Assembly (NCBI GenBank): GCA_030428165.1
Contig: JAUIBG010000001.1
Coordinates: 1 to 48,643, forward strand
Length of the DNA stretch: 48,643 nucleotides
Source of the DNA: Actinomycetes bacterium
Lineage (GTDB): Bacteria; Actinomycetota; Actinomycetes; Actinomycetales; Demequinaceae
Direction of reading: 5' to 3'
In this document: positions 9,603-17,665 of the stretch, one piece after another
Layout of the letters: each line of letters opens with the position of its first letter
Numbering within the stretch: the first letter of the stretch is position 1
Made by a program: the position numbers and the translations under genes
The notes under the pieces: generated by a model
Told to the model about the DNA's origin: nothing
Database searches by the model: none
Seen by the model: only the letters and a program-made list of their open reading frames with translations

Positions 9603-10094
9603 GTGGCAACCGAGACAAGCGCGACATCGACGGCCGCGACAGGTGGGACGCGGCGACCCGTGTTGACCGGCATCGCGCTGGCATTCGGTGTCGCGATCGT
9701 CATCGCCCTCAGCACGCTGATCCCGTCGCAGTTCGCCCTGAGCCACACGAGCCCGGTGCTCGGAACCGTCTCCTACGTCGTGCAGTTCTCGCTGCTGATC
9801 GCCATGGCTGTCGGGGCCGTGCTGGTCGCGGCATGGAGCCGTACCTCAGCGCTCACCGCTGCGATCGCGCTGGTCGCGATTCATGTCGTCGCGAACGGAA
9901 TCTCAATGGCACTCGCTCTGACGGGCGCGGCAACCCTCGACGAGGCGTCGGGATTGGGCTTCTTCCTCTGGAGCGCGCTTGTCGTCTTGGGTAGCTCGTT
10001 CTCCATCGCGACCATCGCCGGTGCTGCCGCGGGTGGAGCGCTGCTGGTGACGGTGCTCGAGCGCAGGCGGCGGACCCCCGCTACTTCCGCTTGA
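9603..10094 (+). CDS. Hypothetical membrane protein (about 4 TM)
   Basis: AGGAGG RBS before GTG 9603; hydrophobic helices. Confidence 0.7.
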   Translation: MATETSATSTAATGGTRRPVLTGIALAFGVAIVIALSTLIPSQFALSHTSPVLGTVSYVVQFSLLIAMAVGAVLVAAWSRTSALTAAIALVAIHVVANGISMALALTGAATLDEASGLGFFLWSALVVLGSSFSIATIAGAAAGGALLVTVLERRRRTPATSA

Positions 10095-10806
10095 TGTAGA
10101 CGTGCGCGGACCGGCCGTCGCCGGTCTGCCGCTCGTCAACCTCGTAGTCCGGGTGCGCCTGGACGAGGTCCTTGAGCTTCGCGAACCCCCACGTGCGGGA
10201 GTCGAAGTCCGAGGCGAGTTTCACGAGGTTGCTGCCCACGGCGCCCAGGTTGGTCCAGCCGTCGTCGCCGGATGACGCGTCGACCGCCTCGCGCAGCAGC
10301 GTGCGGAGCGCCTTGTCATCGCCCAGCGACGGCTGACTCGACGCCTTCGGAGCCTTGGCATCCGAGACGAGATTCTCGACGTAGACGAACGTGCTGCAGG
10401 CCGCCACGAAGGGGCGTGGGGTCTTGCGCTCGCCGAACCCGTAGACGGCCAAACCCTGCTCACGGATGCGGGACGCGAGGCGCGTGAAGTCGCTGTCACT
10501 TGAGACCAGGCAGAAGCCGTCGAGCAGACCGCCGTGGAGCAAGTCCATCGCGTCGATGATAAGCGCGCTGTCGGTGGCGTTCTTGCCCTGGGTGTAGCTG
10601 AACTGCTGGATGGGCTGAACCGAGTTCTCGAGGAGCGTCTTCTTCCACGAGTTCAGCTGGGTCGAGGTCCAGTCGCCATACGCCCGGCGCACGCTCGCCA
10701 CGCCGTACTTCGCGATCTCAGCGAGAAGCGGCTCGAGGTGCTTCGCGTTCGCGTTGTCGGCATCGATCAGGACCGCGAGCCTGCGGTCCTCTGCGGTCTC
10801 GACCAT
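10081..10806 (-). CDS. NYN (LabA/DUF88, PIN-like) protein with C-terminal OST-HTH/LOTUS domain
   Basis: LIDADN, RRAYGDW, KNATDSALIIDAMD, SSDSDF; C-terminal DFDSRTWGFAKL. Confidence 0.9.
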   Translation of the reverse strand: MVETAEDRRLAVLIDADNANAKHLEPLLAEIAKYGVASVRRAYGDWTSTQLNSWKKTLLENSVQPIQQFSYTQGKNATDSALIIDAMDLLHGGLLDGFCLVSSDSDFTRLASRIREQGLAVYGFGERKTPRPFVAACSTFVYVENLVSDAKAPKASSQPSLGDDKALRTLLREAVDASSGDDGWTNLGAVGSNLVKLASDFDSRTWGFAKLKDLVQAHPDYEVDERQTGDGRSAHVYIKRK

Positions 10807-11030
10807 CGGATTCCCCTCGTAGACGCCTGACGAGTGTCGCCGCGGGCGCGTTGCCCTTCACGCTACGCCACTGGGTGCGGATGCAATGCCGAACGAGGAC
10901 CCACAGAAGAGCGAGCTTGGGAGAAACTGGTGCACCAGTGCCCGACCCCCTCGATTCGACGTCGTCACGGTTGCGTTGCGAACTGGCATCCCGATACCTC
11001 ACACCGCCTGAAGGCTGAAAGAGTTGCCAA

Positions 11031-12116
11031 GTGCTTCGGCGAATCGTGCTGGCGGGCCTGCTGCTCGCCTCAGTGCTCGCGGCGAGTTCTTGCGACCCGT
11101 ACATGCCTGCCGCGGACGACACAGTTCGGACCAGCGTGCGTTTCGCCGCGGATGGGACAGCATCGTTGATGGTGCATCTCGACCGAGAGGTACGCAGCGA
11201 AAGGGAACTGCTCGAAGTCGGCAGTGCCTGGGCGACCGTCGTCACAACTGATGGGTCACTCTCGGAGATCGGAATCAACGAGAACGGCGGAGGCTATCCG
11301 TTCGCCACAGTGGCGGTCACGGGAGCATTCACGCCGGGCCCCGCGCCGGAGATCACCATCGACACGGCCGCAGCGCTGGAGGCCGCCTTCTTGAGCGGTG
11401 CAGACCGCGTCGACCTCTATCTGTCATTTCCAACTGATGTGCAGTACGCATTCGATTCGGCTGGTCACTCAAACGAGGACCGACGCTTTGAGTTCACAGA
11501 AGGAAATCCTCCGCTCGTGGGCACAATCCTTCTTTCACCTGAAGAGCACACGGTCGCACCGCTCCTGACCGCTCTGCTGCTCCACCTGCTACCGATCAGC
11601 GCCTTCGCTCTCACCGTCTTCGCAGCGATCCGGAGGCGACCGGTGCTTGGGTACGCAGCAGGAACTGCGGCTCTGGTGCTCTCGCTCAGCATCGGCTCGA
11701 AGCTGGAGGTCTCGAGCCGTGCGGACGAGTTCATCGTCTCAGGCCAATCGGCCCAGTTCGGCAGCTTCGTATGGACGTTCTATCTCTTGACGACTCTCAT
11801 GGTGTGGTGCCTCATGGTGCCGCTCTGGGTTGTGCTGTCTATCCGCTCGGAGAATGGGCCCGTGGTGTTCAAGGCCCCGCCGGGTTGGCCCGAGGTGCCC
11901 GATGGCTGGCTCCCCTGGCCGGGCTGGGAACCAGACGAGCAATGGCCCGCAGCACCCAAACGATGGCGATTCCTGGCTCGGGTGTCGACGCGTGACGCGC
12001 ACCCGTCACATTCAAGAGCCGACTGGGTCCGGGCGCGGGCTTGGGCGAGACGACGCAGCCGGCAGGGACGCGCAGGTTCTGCCGCGAAGAGGACGCTCTT
12101 GAAGCGATGGGGATAG
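11031..12116 (+). CDS. Hypothetical lipoprotein-like membrane protein with Pro/Trp-rich tail
   Basis: Signal peptide ending ASSC; about 3 C-terminal TM helices; APPGWPEVPDGWLPWPGWEPDEQWPAAP. Confidence 0.65.
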   Translation: MLRRIVLAGLLLASVLAASSCDPYMPAADDTVRTSVRFAADGTASLMVHLDREVRSERELLEVGSAWATVVTTDGSLSEIGINENGGGYPFATVAVTGAFTPGPAPEITIDTAAALEAAFLSGADRVDLYLSFPTDVQYAFDSAGHSNEDRRFEFTEGNPPLVGTILLSPEEHTVAPLLTALLLHLLPISAFALTVFAAIRRRPVLGYAAGTAALVLSLSIGSKLEVSSRADEFIVSGQSAQFGSFVWTFYLLTTLMVWCLMVPLWVVLSIRSENGPVVFKAPPGWPEVPDGWLPWPGWEPDEQWPAAPKRWRFLARVSTRDAHPSHSRADWVRARAWARRRSRQGRAGSAAKRTLLKRWG

Positions 12117-12124
12117 CAGAGAAA

Positions 12125-12992
12125 GCAACGGGTCGATACACCCCTCGTAGTTCACGGCCGCCACGTCAGTCGCAAGCGAAATCGGTGGGGCAACTGCCTC
12201 GATTCGAGCCTCGATGCGGCTGGCTTGGGGGCCACCAACTCAGCCGGCGACATCCCCGTCGCGGGCGTTGGACGCCCTGTCGACCTCGCGTACCGCGAGT
12301 CCAGCGGCGCGCAATCCTCTTGTGAGCCCGCACAGTAGTTCCTCGCTGCCCACGCTCGACGCGATCGGCAGCGAGGAAGCCCCACTAGACAGACGAACGA
12401 GGGACTGCTGATATGCGCCCGCACCCTCAGCGACGAGAAGCTCGATCTCAATCGAATCCTCGACGGTGAGCACCCTAGTCTTGACAGTGTCCGGAACGCC
12501 AAGGCGGGACACGACGCGCGCGCGACCGATTGGGCCGGTCTCGACGATGAGCGTTGGTGTGACGGCCAGGTCCCGCAGTGCCGAAACAAGAACGTAGAAC
12601 GCAAGCCATAGGGAGACGGCCACCCCGCATACGCCAACTACGAACAACGCGAGCCACACGACTGCCCGGAAACTCACGTCAAGATGAACGACGGCCTCGA
12701 ATCCCGCAAAGACCCCCAGGGCGCCCAGCCCGAGCACAAAGACGAACAGAAGGCAGTATCTCCACACGACCTTGCCCGCATGGGCTGTCGACACCGAAAT
12801 CCTGTGTCCCAACACGCTGCCTTTCAGAAGCTTCATGTGGCCGCGTCACAACGGCTGCCAAGAATCGCCATGCATGCAACTGCGAGCCGGTCGGCCGCTC
12901 TCACGAGGCTCGAGAGCTGCTCTCAAACAACACATTCACGGCGTTTGAAGCCTATCGGCACACCAAAGGGGGCAACTCGTCAGTACACCCCT
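12125..12992. repeat. 21-bp imperfect direct repeat pair (12125-12145, 12972-12992)
   Basis: GCAACGGGTCGATACACCCCT vs GCAACTCGTCAGTACACCCCT, 17/21 identical, both intergenic. Confidence 0.7.
12240..12836 (-). CDS. Hypothetical 2-TM membrane protein
   Basis: Two hydrophobic helices followed by a soluble domain. Confidence 0.6.
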   Translation of the reverse strand: MKLLKGSVLGHRISVSTAHAGKVVWRYCLLFVFVLGLGALGVFAGFEAVVHLDVSFRAVVWLALFVVGVCGVAVSLWLAFYVLVSALRDLAVTPTLIVETGPIGRARVVSRLGVPDTVKTRVLTVEDSIEIELLVAEGAGAYQQSLVRLSSGASSLPIASSVGSEELLCGLTRGLRAAGLAVREVDRASNARDGDVAG

Positions 12993-13021
12993 AGCGAGCC
13001 AAGCAGTACACGTGCGCATGA

Positions 13022-13465
13022 CTAATCAGCATGCGGGCCCTGGAGCGCGCGGTTTCGTGCGTGAATTACGTTCTCGACGTCTCGGGTTTGTGCCGTGAAC
13101 TCCCAACCCGATATCTCGACCGTCGAGAACTCGCTCTCCGGCGACTCTCTGAACGCGACCTCGCTCCAGGGAACGAAATCGAGACGCCTCAAGGGCCGCC
13201 TACGTGCGGGCTCGAAGTCTGCGACGACCACACCGTCGTGCGCCACGCCCAGTACACCCATCGGATTCTGGAATGCGCGTGGGAGGGGAAAGGGCCACAA
13301 CCGGAATAAGGCCGTCCAGTTCTCGTTTCGCACCCAATCGCGGTAGGCCTGGGGTGGTCCTGGCCATGCTGCAACGCCGAAGTCGACTGGCCGCTCTTTC
13401 GTGCCGAGCGCTACGCCGAAACCGCGTTGAGATGCTCGCGTGAAGAGGTAGACGTTGCGCGGCAC
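13022..13465 (-). CDS. Hypothetical protein (possibly frameshifted from a hydrophobic N-terminus starting near 13562)
   Basis: Open 147-codon frame with protein-like composition; start uncertain. Confidence 0.45.
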   Translation of the reverse strand: MPRNVYLFTRASQRGFGVALGTKERPVDFGVAAWPGPPQAYRDWVRNENWTALFRLWPFPLPRAFQNPMGVLGVAHDGVVVADFEPARRRPLRRLDFVPWSEVAFRESPESEFSTVEISGWEFTAQTRDVENVIHARNRALQGPHAD

Positions 13466-13580
13466 GGCTACATCGTTTCAGGGCTACGAAGAATCCCGCA
13501 ACGCTGATGTCGTGAGCGAGAGGTAGCAGGAGCAGTGCGACCGGGTGTACCCCGATCTCCAATGAGGTACCCGTCTGCCC

Positions 13581-14543
13581 CTAAGCCCCCGCGAGCGCCA
13601 GCCTCTCGTCGGCATCGGTGATCAGCTGACGCGTCACCGCGCCCGGCGCTCCATGCAGGAACTCGAACACGGCGTTGTAGGACGCGAGCCACGCGGTTGT
13701 CGCCCAGGCGAGCTGGATCTCCTCCTGTGAGAACCAGATGTTCGCGATCCATTGGTACGCGCCAATCACCTCATCGCACACCTCCACCGGAGCGATCGCT
13801 CCGGCATCGGGCATGGCGACATGGTCGACGGCGAGCGCCCCGACGAGCACCGCCTCGGGTCGGTACGCGACCGAGTCCCAGTCGTGCACAATCGGCCGCG
13901 CTCCCCCACCAGCGGGGTCGTGCAGCCAACGCACGTTGAGCCCGTTGAGGTCGGTGTGGCCCACGACCATCCGCGGGCGCGCCTCCCTCACCAGCTCAAC
14001 GATGCGCTCGCGCGAACGTCGCGCGGCCTTCACCAGGCCCACGGGCAGATCGTCCTCGATCCGATGCGGGTCCCAGCGCTCGGACGCGGGCGGCGGCCAA
14101 ATGCGCGAGTCGTCCGCGTGGTCGTAGTGCAGCCACGGCGGGGCGGACATCTGGGCCGGATCGGCACCCTCGAGCGCGTGGACCAGCCGAGCGAGCAGGC
14201 GCGCGTACTGGTGCGCCGCATCGGCCGGGGGCTCTGGCGTGCCGACCGGCAGCCACTCCTCCACCGTCGCGGCCATTCCGGGCTGCCCGTCGAACGGCGC
14301 AGGCCCGGCAAGAACATGGGGGACGCGGATGCCGTGCGCATCGGCGAGGCGCTGTGCTGCGACGGCAGCGTCCAGGTGAGGCGACGCACCGCGCACCTTC
14401 AGCGCGACTCGGCGGCCGTCGGCGAGCTCGATGCCCGTCACGTCGGACATCGAGCTCGCCTGGAAGAACACATCGGCCGGCTGGCTGCCGAGGCGGGCAG
14501 TGAGCCACGCCTCGGCGCCGGCAGCGAAATCAGTTGTCATCAT
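13581..14543 (-). CDS. APH/choline-kinase-like phosphotransferase
   Basis: VALKVR, HTDLNGLNV (HxDxxxxN), DWDS; AAGGAGG RBS. Confidence 0.8.
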   Translation of the reverse strand: MMTTDFAAGAEAWLTARLGSQPADVFFQASSMSDVTGIELADGRRVALKVRGASPHLDAAVAAQRLADAHGIRVPHVLAGPAPFDGQPGMAATVEEWLPVGTPEPPADAAHQYARLLARLVHALEGADPAQMSAPPWLHYDHADDSRIWPPPASERWDPHRIEDDLPVGLVKAARRSRERIVELVREARPRMVVGHTDLNGLNVRWLHDPAGGGARPIVHDWDSVAYRPEAVLVGALAVDHVAMPDAGAIAPVEVCDEVIGAYQWIANIWFSQEEIQLAWATTAWLASYNAVFEFLHGAPGAVTRQLITDADERLALAGA

Positions 14544-14600
14544 CGGTGTTCGCCTCCTTAGGGGATCTCTCGTTGATTGAATGGATATCTACCTGGAATG

Positions 14601-14780
14601 TCAGGCATTGCGCGGCACGACGGCCACGGCGCGGGCGTGCGAATAGACGCGGCGGGCGACGGCCAGGTAGGCGCGGCGCATCGCGGGGACACGGACGCGG
14701 CTGTGCTGGTGCCTGGGCGGCACGGAGCGCGGTTCGGCGTGGTGCACGCTGAGCAGCGAGTCAGGGTGGATGGAGTGCAT
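14601..14780 (-). CDS. Small basic His/Arg-rich ORF (59 aa), not in the ORF track
   Basis: GGGGAGGTGAACC-ATG; MHSIHPDSLLSVHHAEPRSV...VVPRNA*. Confidence 0.5.
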   Translation of the reverse strand: MHSIHPDSLLSVHHAEPRSVPPRHQHSRVRVPAMRRAYLAVARRVYSHARAVAVVPRNA

Positions 14781-14900
14781 GGTTCACCTCCCCTCGCGGA
14801 GGTGACGGGACGCGACGCGAGGTCGAAGTCCCGAGAAGAAGACGAAGGTTGCCGTCAGGCAGAGGCGATCAGTGGTGATCGCGAAGGGGCGTGGCCGGCT

Positions 14901-14990
14901 CTAGAGGCCGTAGGGGCGGAGTCCGCCCGCGACGCGGGCGCGAACATCTGCACGGCCGATGCCGGTGCTATCCGTGATCTGGATCATCAT
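14901..14990 (-). CDS. Putative leader peptide (29 aa)
   Basis: AAGGGAGG RBS; MMIQITDSTGIGRADVRARVAGGLRPYGL*. Confidence 0.45.
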   Translation of the reverse strand: MMIQITDSTGIGRADVRARVAGGLRPYGL

Positions 14991-15111
14991 GTTCGCGCCT
15001 CCCTTCGTGGTCTGATGAGCTCCCCCTGTGGGAGCCATCGAGAAATGTAACTCGGTCATCGACGGGATGGAAGGAGCCTTTGCCAAGTTGTGATGCGCGA
15101 GGGCCGTGGGC

Positions 15112-15462
15112 CTACTCGGGGCCGCCCATCGAGTGGATCTCGCGGAGCTCGATCCGACCCTCGTGGGCCATATTGTTGTGCACGGCGAGGTCGATCGCCT
15201 CGTCCCAGGTCTCGCATTCGATCACGGCGATGCCCAGCAACTTCTCCGCGGAGGCCGTGAACGAGCCCTCGGTGACGATCGTGAGGCCGTCACGCACGCG
15301 CACGGTCCTCGCCGTCTCGGGAGGCTGGAAGCGAATCCCCTCGACGTAGGCGCCCTTGGCCGTAGCGTACGGATGCCAGTCGTCGAAGGACGGCGCCGCC
15401 GCCGCATCGGCCTCGGAGTGCTCCGGATCCTCGACGATCAGCATCGCGAAGCGCCGAGCCAT
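15112..15462 (-). CDS. YciI/DGPF-family protein
   Basis: PPETARTVRVRDG..VTEGSF...EKLLG...GRIELREI. Confidence 0.8.
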   Translation of the reverse strand: MARRFAMLIVEDPEHSEADAAAAPSFDDWHPYATAKGAYVEGIRFQPPETARTVRVRDGLTIVTEGSFTASAEKLLGIAVIECETWDEAIDLAVHNNMAHEGRIELREIHSMGGPE

Positions 15463-15467
15463 GCGGG

Positions 15468-15734
15468 CTACTTCTTCTCGTCGCTCGGGTCGTCGTCGAT
15501 CGCGTCGGCCTCGATGACGTCGGTGGCGTTCCCTGCGGTGTCGTCAGCAGGGGCGTCCTCGACCGTCGTGCCCTCGATCGCCTCGGCTGTGTCGACCTTC
15601 GAGTCCGTCGTCGACTCGGCGTCGTCGCCGTAGAAGTTCTGCTTGCCGCGCTGGTAGAGGTTCCAGCCGAAGTACGACACGGCGATCACGATCGCCGCAT
15701 AGAAGAACCACTGTGCCAGCGTCTCGGTGTCCAT
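15468..15734 (-). CDS. Small single-TM protein with acidic tail
   Basis: One TM then D/E-rich region; GAGGA RBS. Confidence 0.65.
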   Translation of the reverse strand: MDTETLAQWFFYAAIVIAVSYFGWNLYQRGKQNFYGDDAESTTDSKVDTAEAIEGTTVEDAPADDTAGNATDVIEADAIDDDPSDEKK

Positions 15735-15896
15735 GCCCCCATCCTCGCATGGGGGTCGACGGCACCGATTTCAGGGACTGCTCAGGGGCATCCCCGACAG
15801 ACAGCACATCGGACACGTGAATAGCGTCGTGGATGTCCCGATCGCCGGGATCGCACCACCTGCATAGGACCCACTCGCTGCAAAGGAATCCCTGCC

Positions 15897-16544
15897 ATGA
15901 CCACCTCACTCGCCCTCCGCCTCGCGGGGCTCGCCGCCGTCGTCTCCGGCGTGCTGTTCGCCCTGATGCAGGCCATCCACCCCGCCGCCGAGCTCGCCAA
16001 CGTCACGACCGACGCCTGGTACACCGTCCACCTGCTCAACGTCCTGTTCCCGATCTTCGGAATGCTGGGCCTCGTCGGGATCTACGCTCGCCAGCTGACC
16101 CAGTCGGGATGGCTGGGACTCGGGTCGTTCCTGCTGATGTTCAGCGCCTTCGCGATGATGCTGGGATTCGGCTTCTACGAGGCGTTCATGGAGCCCGTCT
16201 ACGCCTCCGTTGCGCCCGACACCGTCATGGACATCCTGGGGGTCGTCGAGGGCGAGACCGGCCCCGGCCTCATCACCGAGGTCTACGCCATCAACGGCGC
16301 CATGTACATGATCGGCGGCGTCCTCCTCGCGGTCTCGCTGTTCCTCGCAAAGGTCTTCCCGCGCTGGATGGCCGTCGCGGTGTTCGCCGGGATCGCCCTC
16401 ACGCTCTCGTCCGCCGCTCTGCCCGTCCTCGAGCGCCCCAGCGCAGTCGTCTTCGGCCTGGCGTTCGCAGTCCTGGGCGGCTTCCTCATGGCCCGTCCGG
16501 TCGACATCGCTCCCGAGAAGACGTTCGTCGCCGCAGCCACCTAG
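15897..16544 (+). CDS. Hypothetical multi-pass membrane protein
   Basis: About 6 hydrophobic helices; AAGGA RBS. Confidence 0.75.
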   Translation: MTTSLALRLAGLAAVVSGVLFALMQAIHPAAELANVTTDAWYTVHLLNVLFPIFGMLGLVGIYARQLTQSGWLGLGSFLLMFSAFAMMLGFGFYEAFMEPVYASVAPDTVMDILGVVEGETGPGLITEVYAINGAMYMIGGVLLAVSLFLAKVFPRWMAVAVFAGIALTLSSAALPVLERPSAVVFGLAFAVLGGFLMARPVDIAPEKTFVAAAT

Positions 16545-16666
16545 CCCGCGACACGCGCGCTACGGGCCGGCACCTGCGAGGGTGCCAGCCCGTTCGCGAG
16601 CCCGGCGGGTTCAGTGCGGGACCTGGGTGCGGCATCGGCTCCGGACCCGTGCGAGAGGATGGCCGG

Positions 16667-17287
16667 GTGAGTGAGAACTGGCGAGCACGCAAGAACGAGA
16701 CCCCGGTCGAGGACGCGACGAGGACCGAGTACGAGAAGCTGCGCGAGGGCGACTGGTTCAAGTACCGCTCCGGCCCGGAGCTGGCGGCGATGCAGCGCGA
16801 GACGCTGGCGGTGTGCCGCGAGGTGGGGCGCATCTACCTGGACGAGCCCGAGCGCGGCACGCAGATGATCGCTGACCTCGTGGCGGAGTGCGGCCCCGGG
16901 CTCGACATCCGCCCGCCCATCTACCTCGAGTATCGCGAGCAGGTGACGATCGGCGCGAACGTCTTCATCAACGCGAACCTGATGATCCTGGGCGGAGGGC
17001 GCGTGCACATCGGCGACAACGCGCTGATCGGCCCGGAGGCGCGGTTCTACACCGTGAACCACACGCTCGACGTCGACCTGCGACGCGAGGGGTGGGAGAT
17101 CGGCCTGCCCATCACCGTCGAGGACGACGTGTGGCTGGGCGGCTCAGTAGTGCTGTGCCCTGGCGTGACGATCGGCAAGGGCTCGATCGTGGGCGCGGGG
17201 GCGGTCGTGACGAAGGACGTGCCGCCCTACTCGGTGGTGGGCGGCAATCCGGCACGCGTCATCGGCGAGGTGCCGCACGACACGTGA
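16667..17287 (+). CDS. Sugar O-acetyltransferase (Maa/LacA hexapeptide-repeat family)
   Basis: IGANVFIN, IGDNALIGP, VEDDVWLGG, PGVTIG, GNPARVI; GTG start inferred. Confidence 0.88.
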   Translation: MSENWRARKNETPVEDATRTEYEKLREGDWFKYRSGPELAAMQRETLAVCREVGRIYLDEPERGTQMIADLVAECGPGLDIRPPIYLEYREQVTIGANVFINANLMILGGGRVHIGDNALIGPEARFYTVNHTLDVDLRREGWEIGLPITVEDDVWLGGSVVLCPGVTIGKGSIVGAGAVVTKDVPPYSVVGGNPARVIGEVPHDT

Positions 17288-17296
17288 GCGTGAGCG

Positions 17297-17428
17297 CTAG
17301 ATGCGCGAGGAGTGGACCTTGCAGCCGCAGGGCAGCGTCTCGATGGCCTGCGTGTCCTCGATCGAAGCCTCGTTGGCGTAGGCCTCAACCTGCTCGATGG
17401 TGATCTGCTCAAGTGAAGCAGTGCTCAT
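17297..17428 (-). CDS. Small acidic peptide (43 aa) with CxC-x2-H tail
   Basis: AGGAAAGGG RBS; MSTASLEQITIEQVEAYANEASIEDTQAIETLPCGCKVHSSRI. Confidence 0.55.
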   Translation of the reverse strand: MSTASLEQITIEQVEAYANEASIEDTQAIETLPCGCKVHSSRI

Positions 17429-17665
17429 GCTCGTGACCCTTTCCTGCATCGCGCCGGGGTCGTCTCTCGGGGACGCCCTGCACATTCGACGGTACGAGCG
17501 GTAGACGAGCGACACGCCGCTAAAGGTCCCTGCTTGTCAAGATTTTGGACAAGTCTTGCCAGGTGCTTACAGGAGTGTGGTTCGCACCATTCCAACCACC
17601 CAGCCGATGCCCAAGTCAGGACATATGGGACGTCCCGATTCGGACCGGCTGGGCGGGATGCGCGA

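Noticed and set aside
12972-12994. IS481-like right end (GTCAGTACA...CTAG)
   Set aside because: Only loose resemblance; no transposase remnant seen.
10813-13580. True integron or CRISPR array
   Set aside because: No IntI, attC structure, regular spacing or cas genes; genes are in mixed orientation.
16545-16660. REP-like hairpin cluster
   Set aside because: Stems are short and imperfect, as expected by chance at this GC content; no clear second copy.
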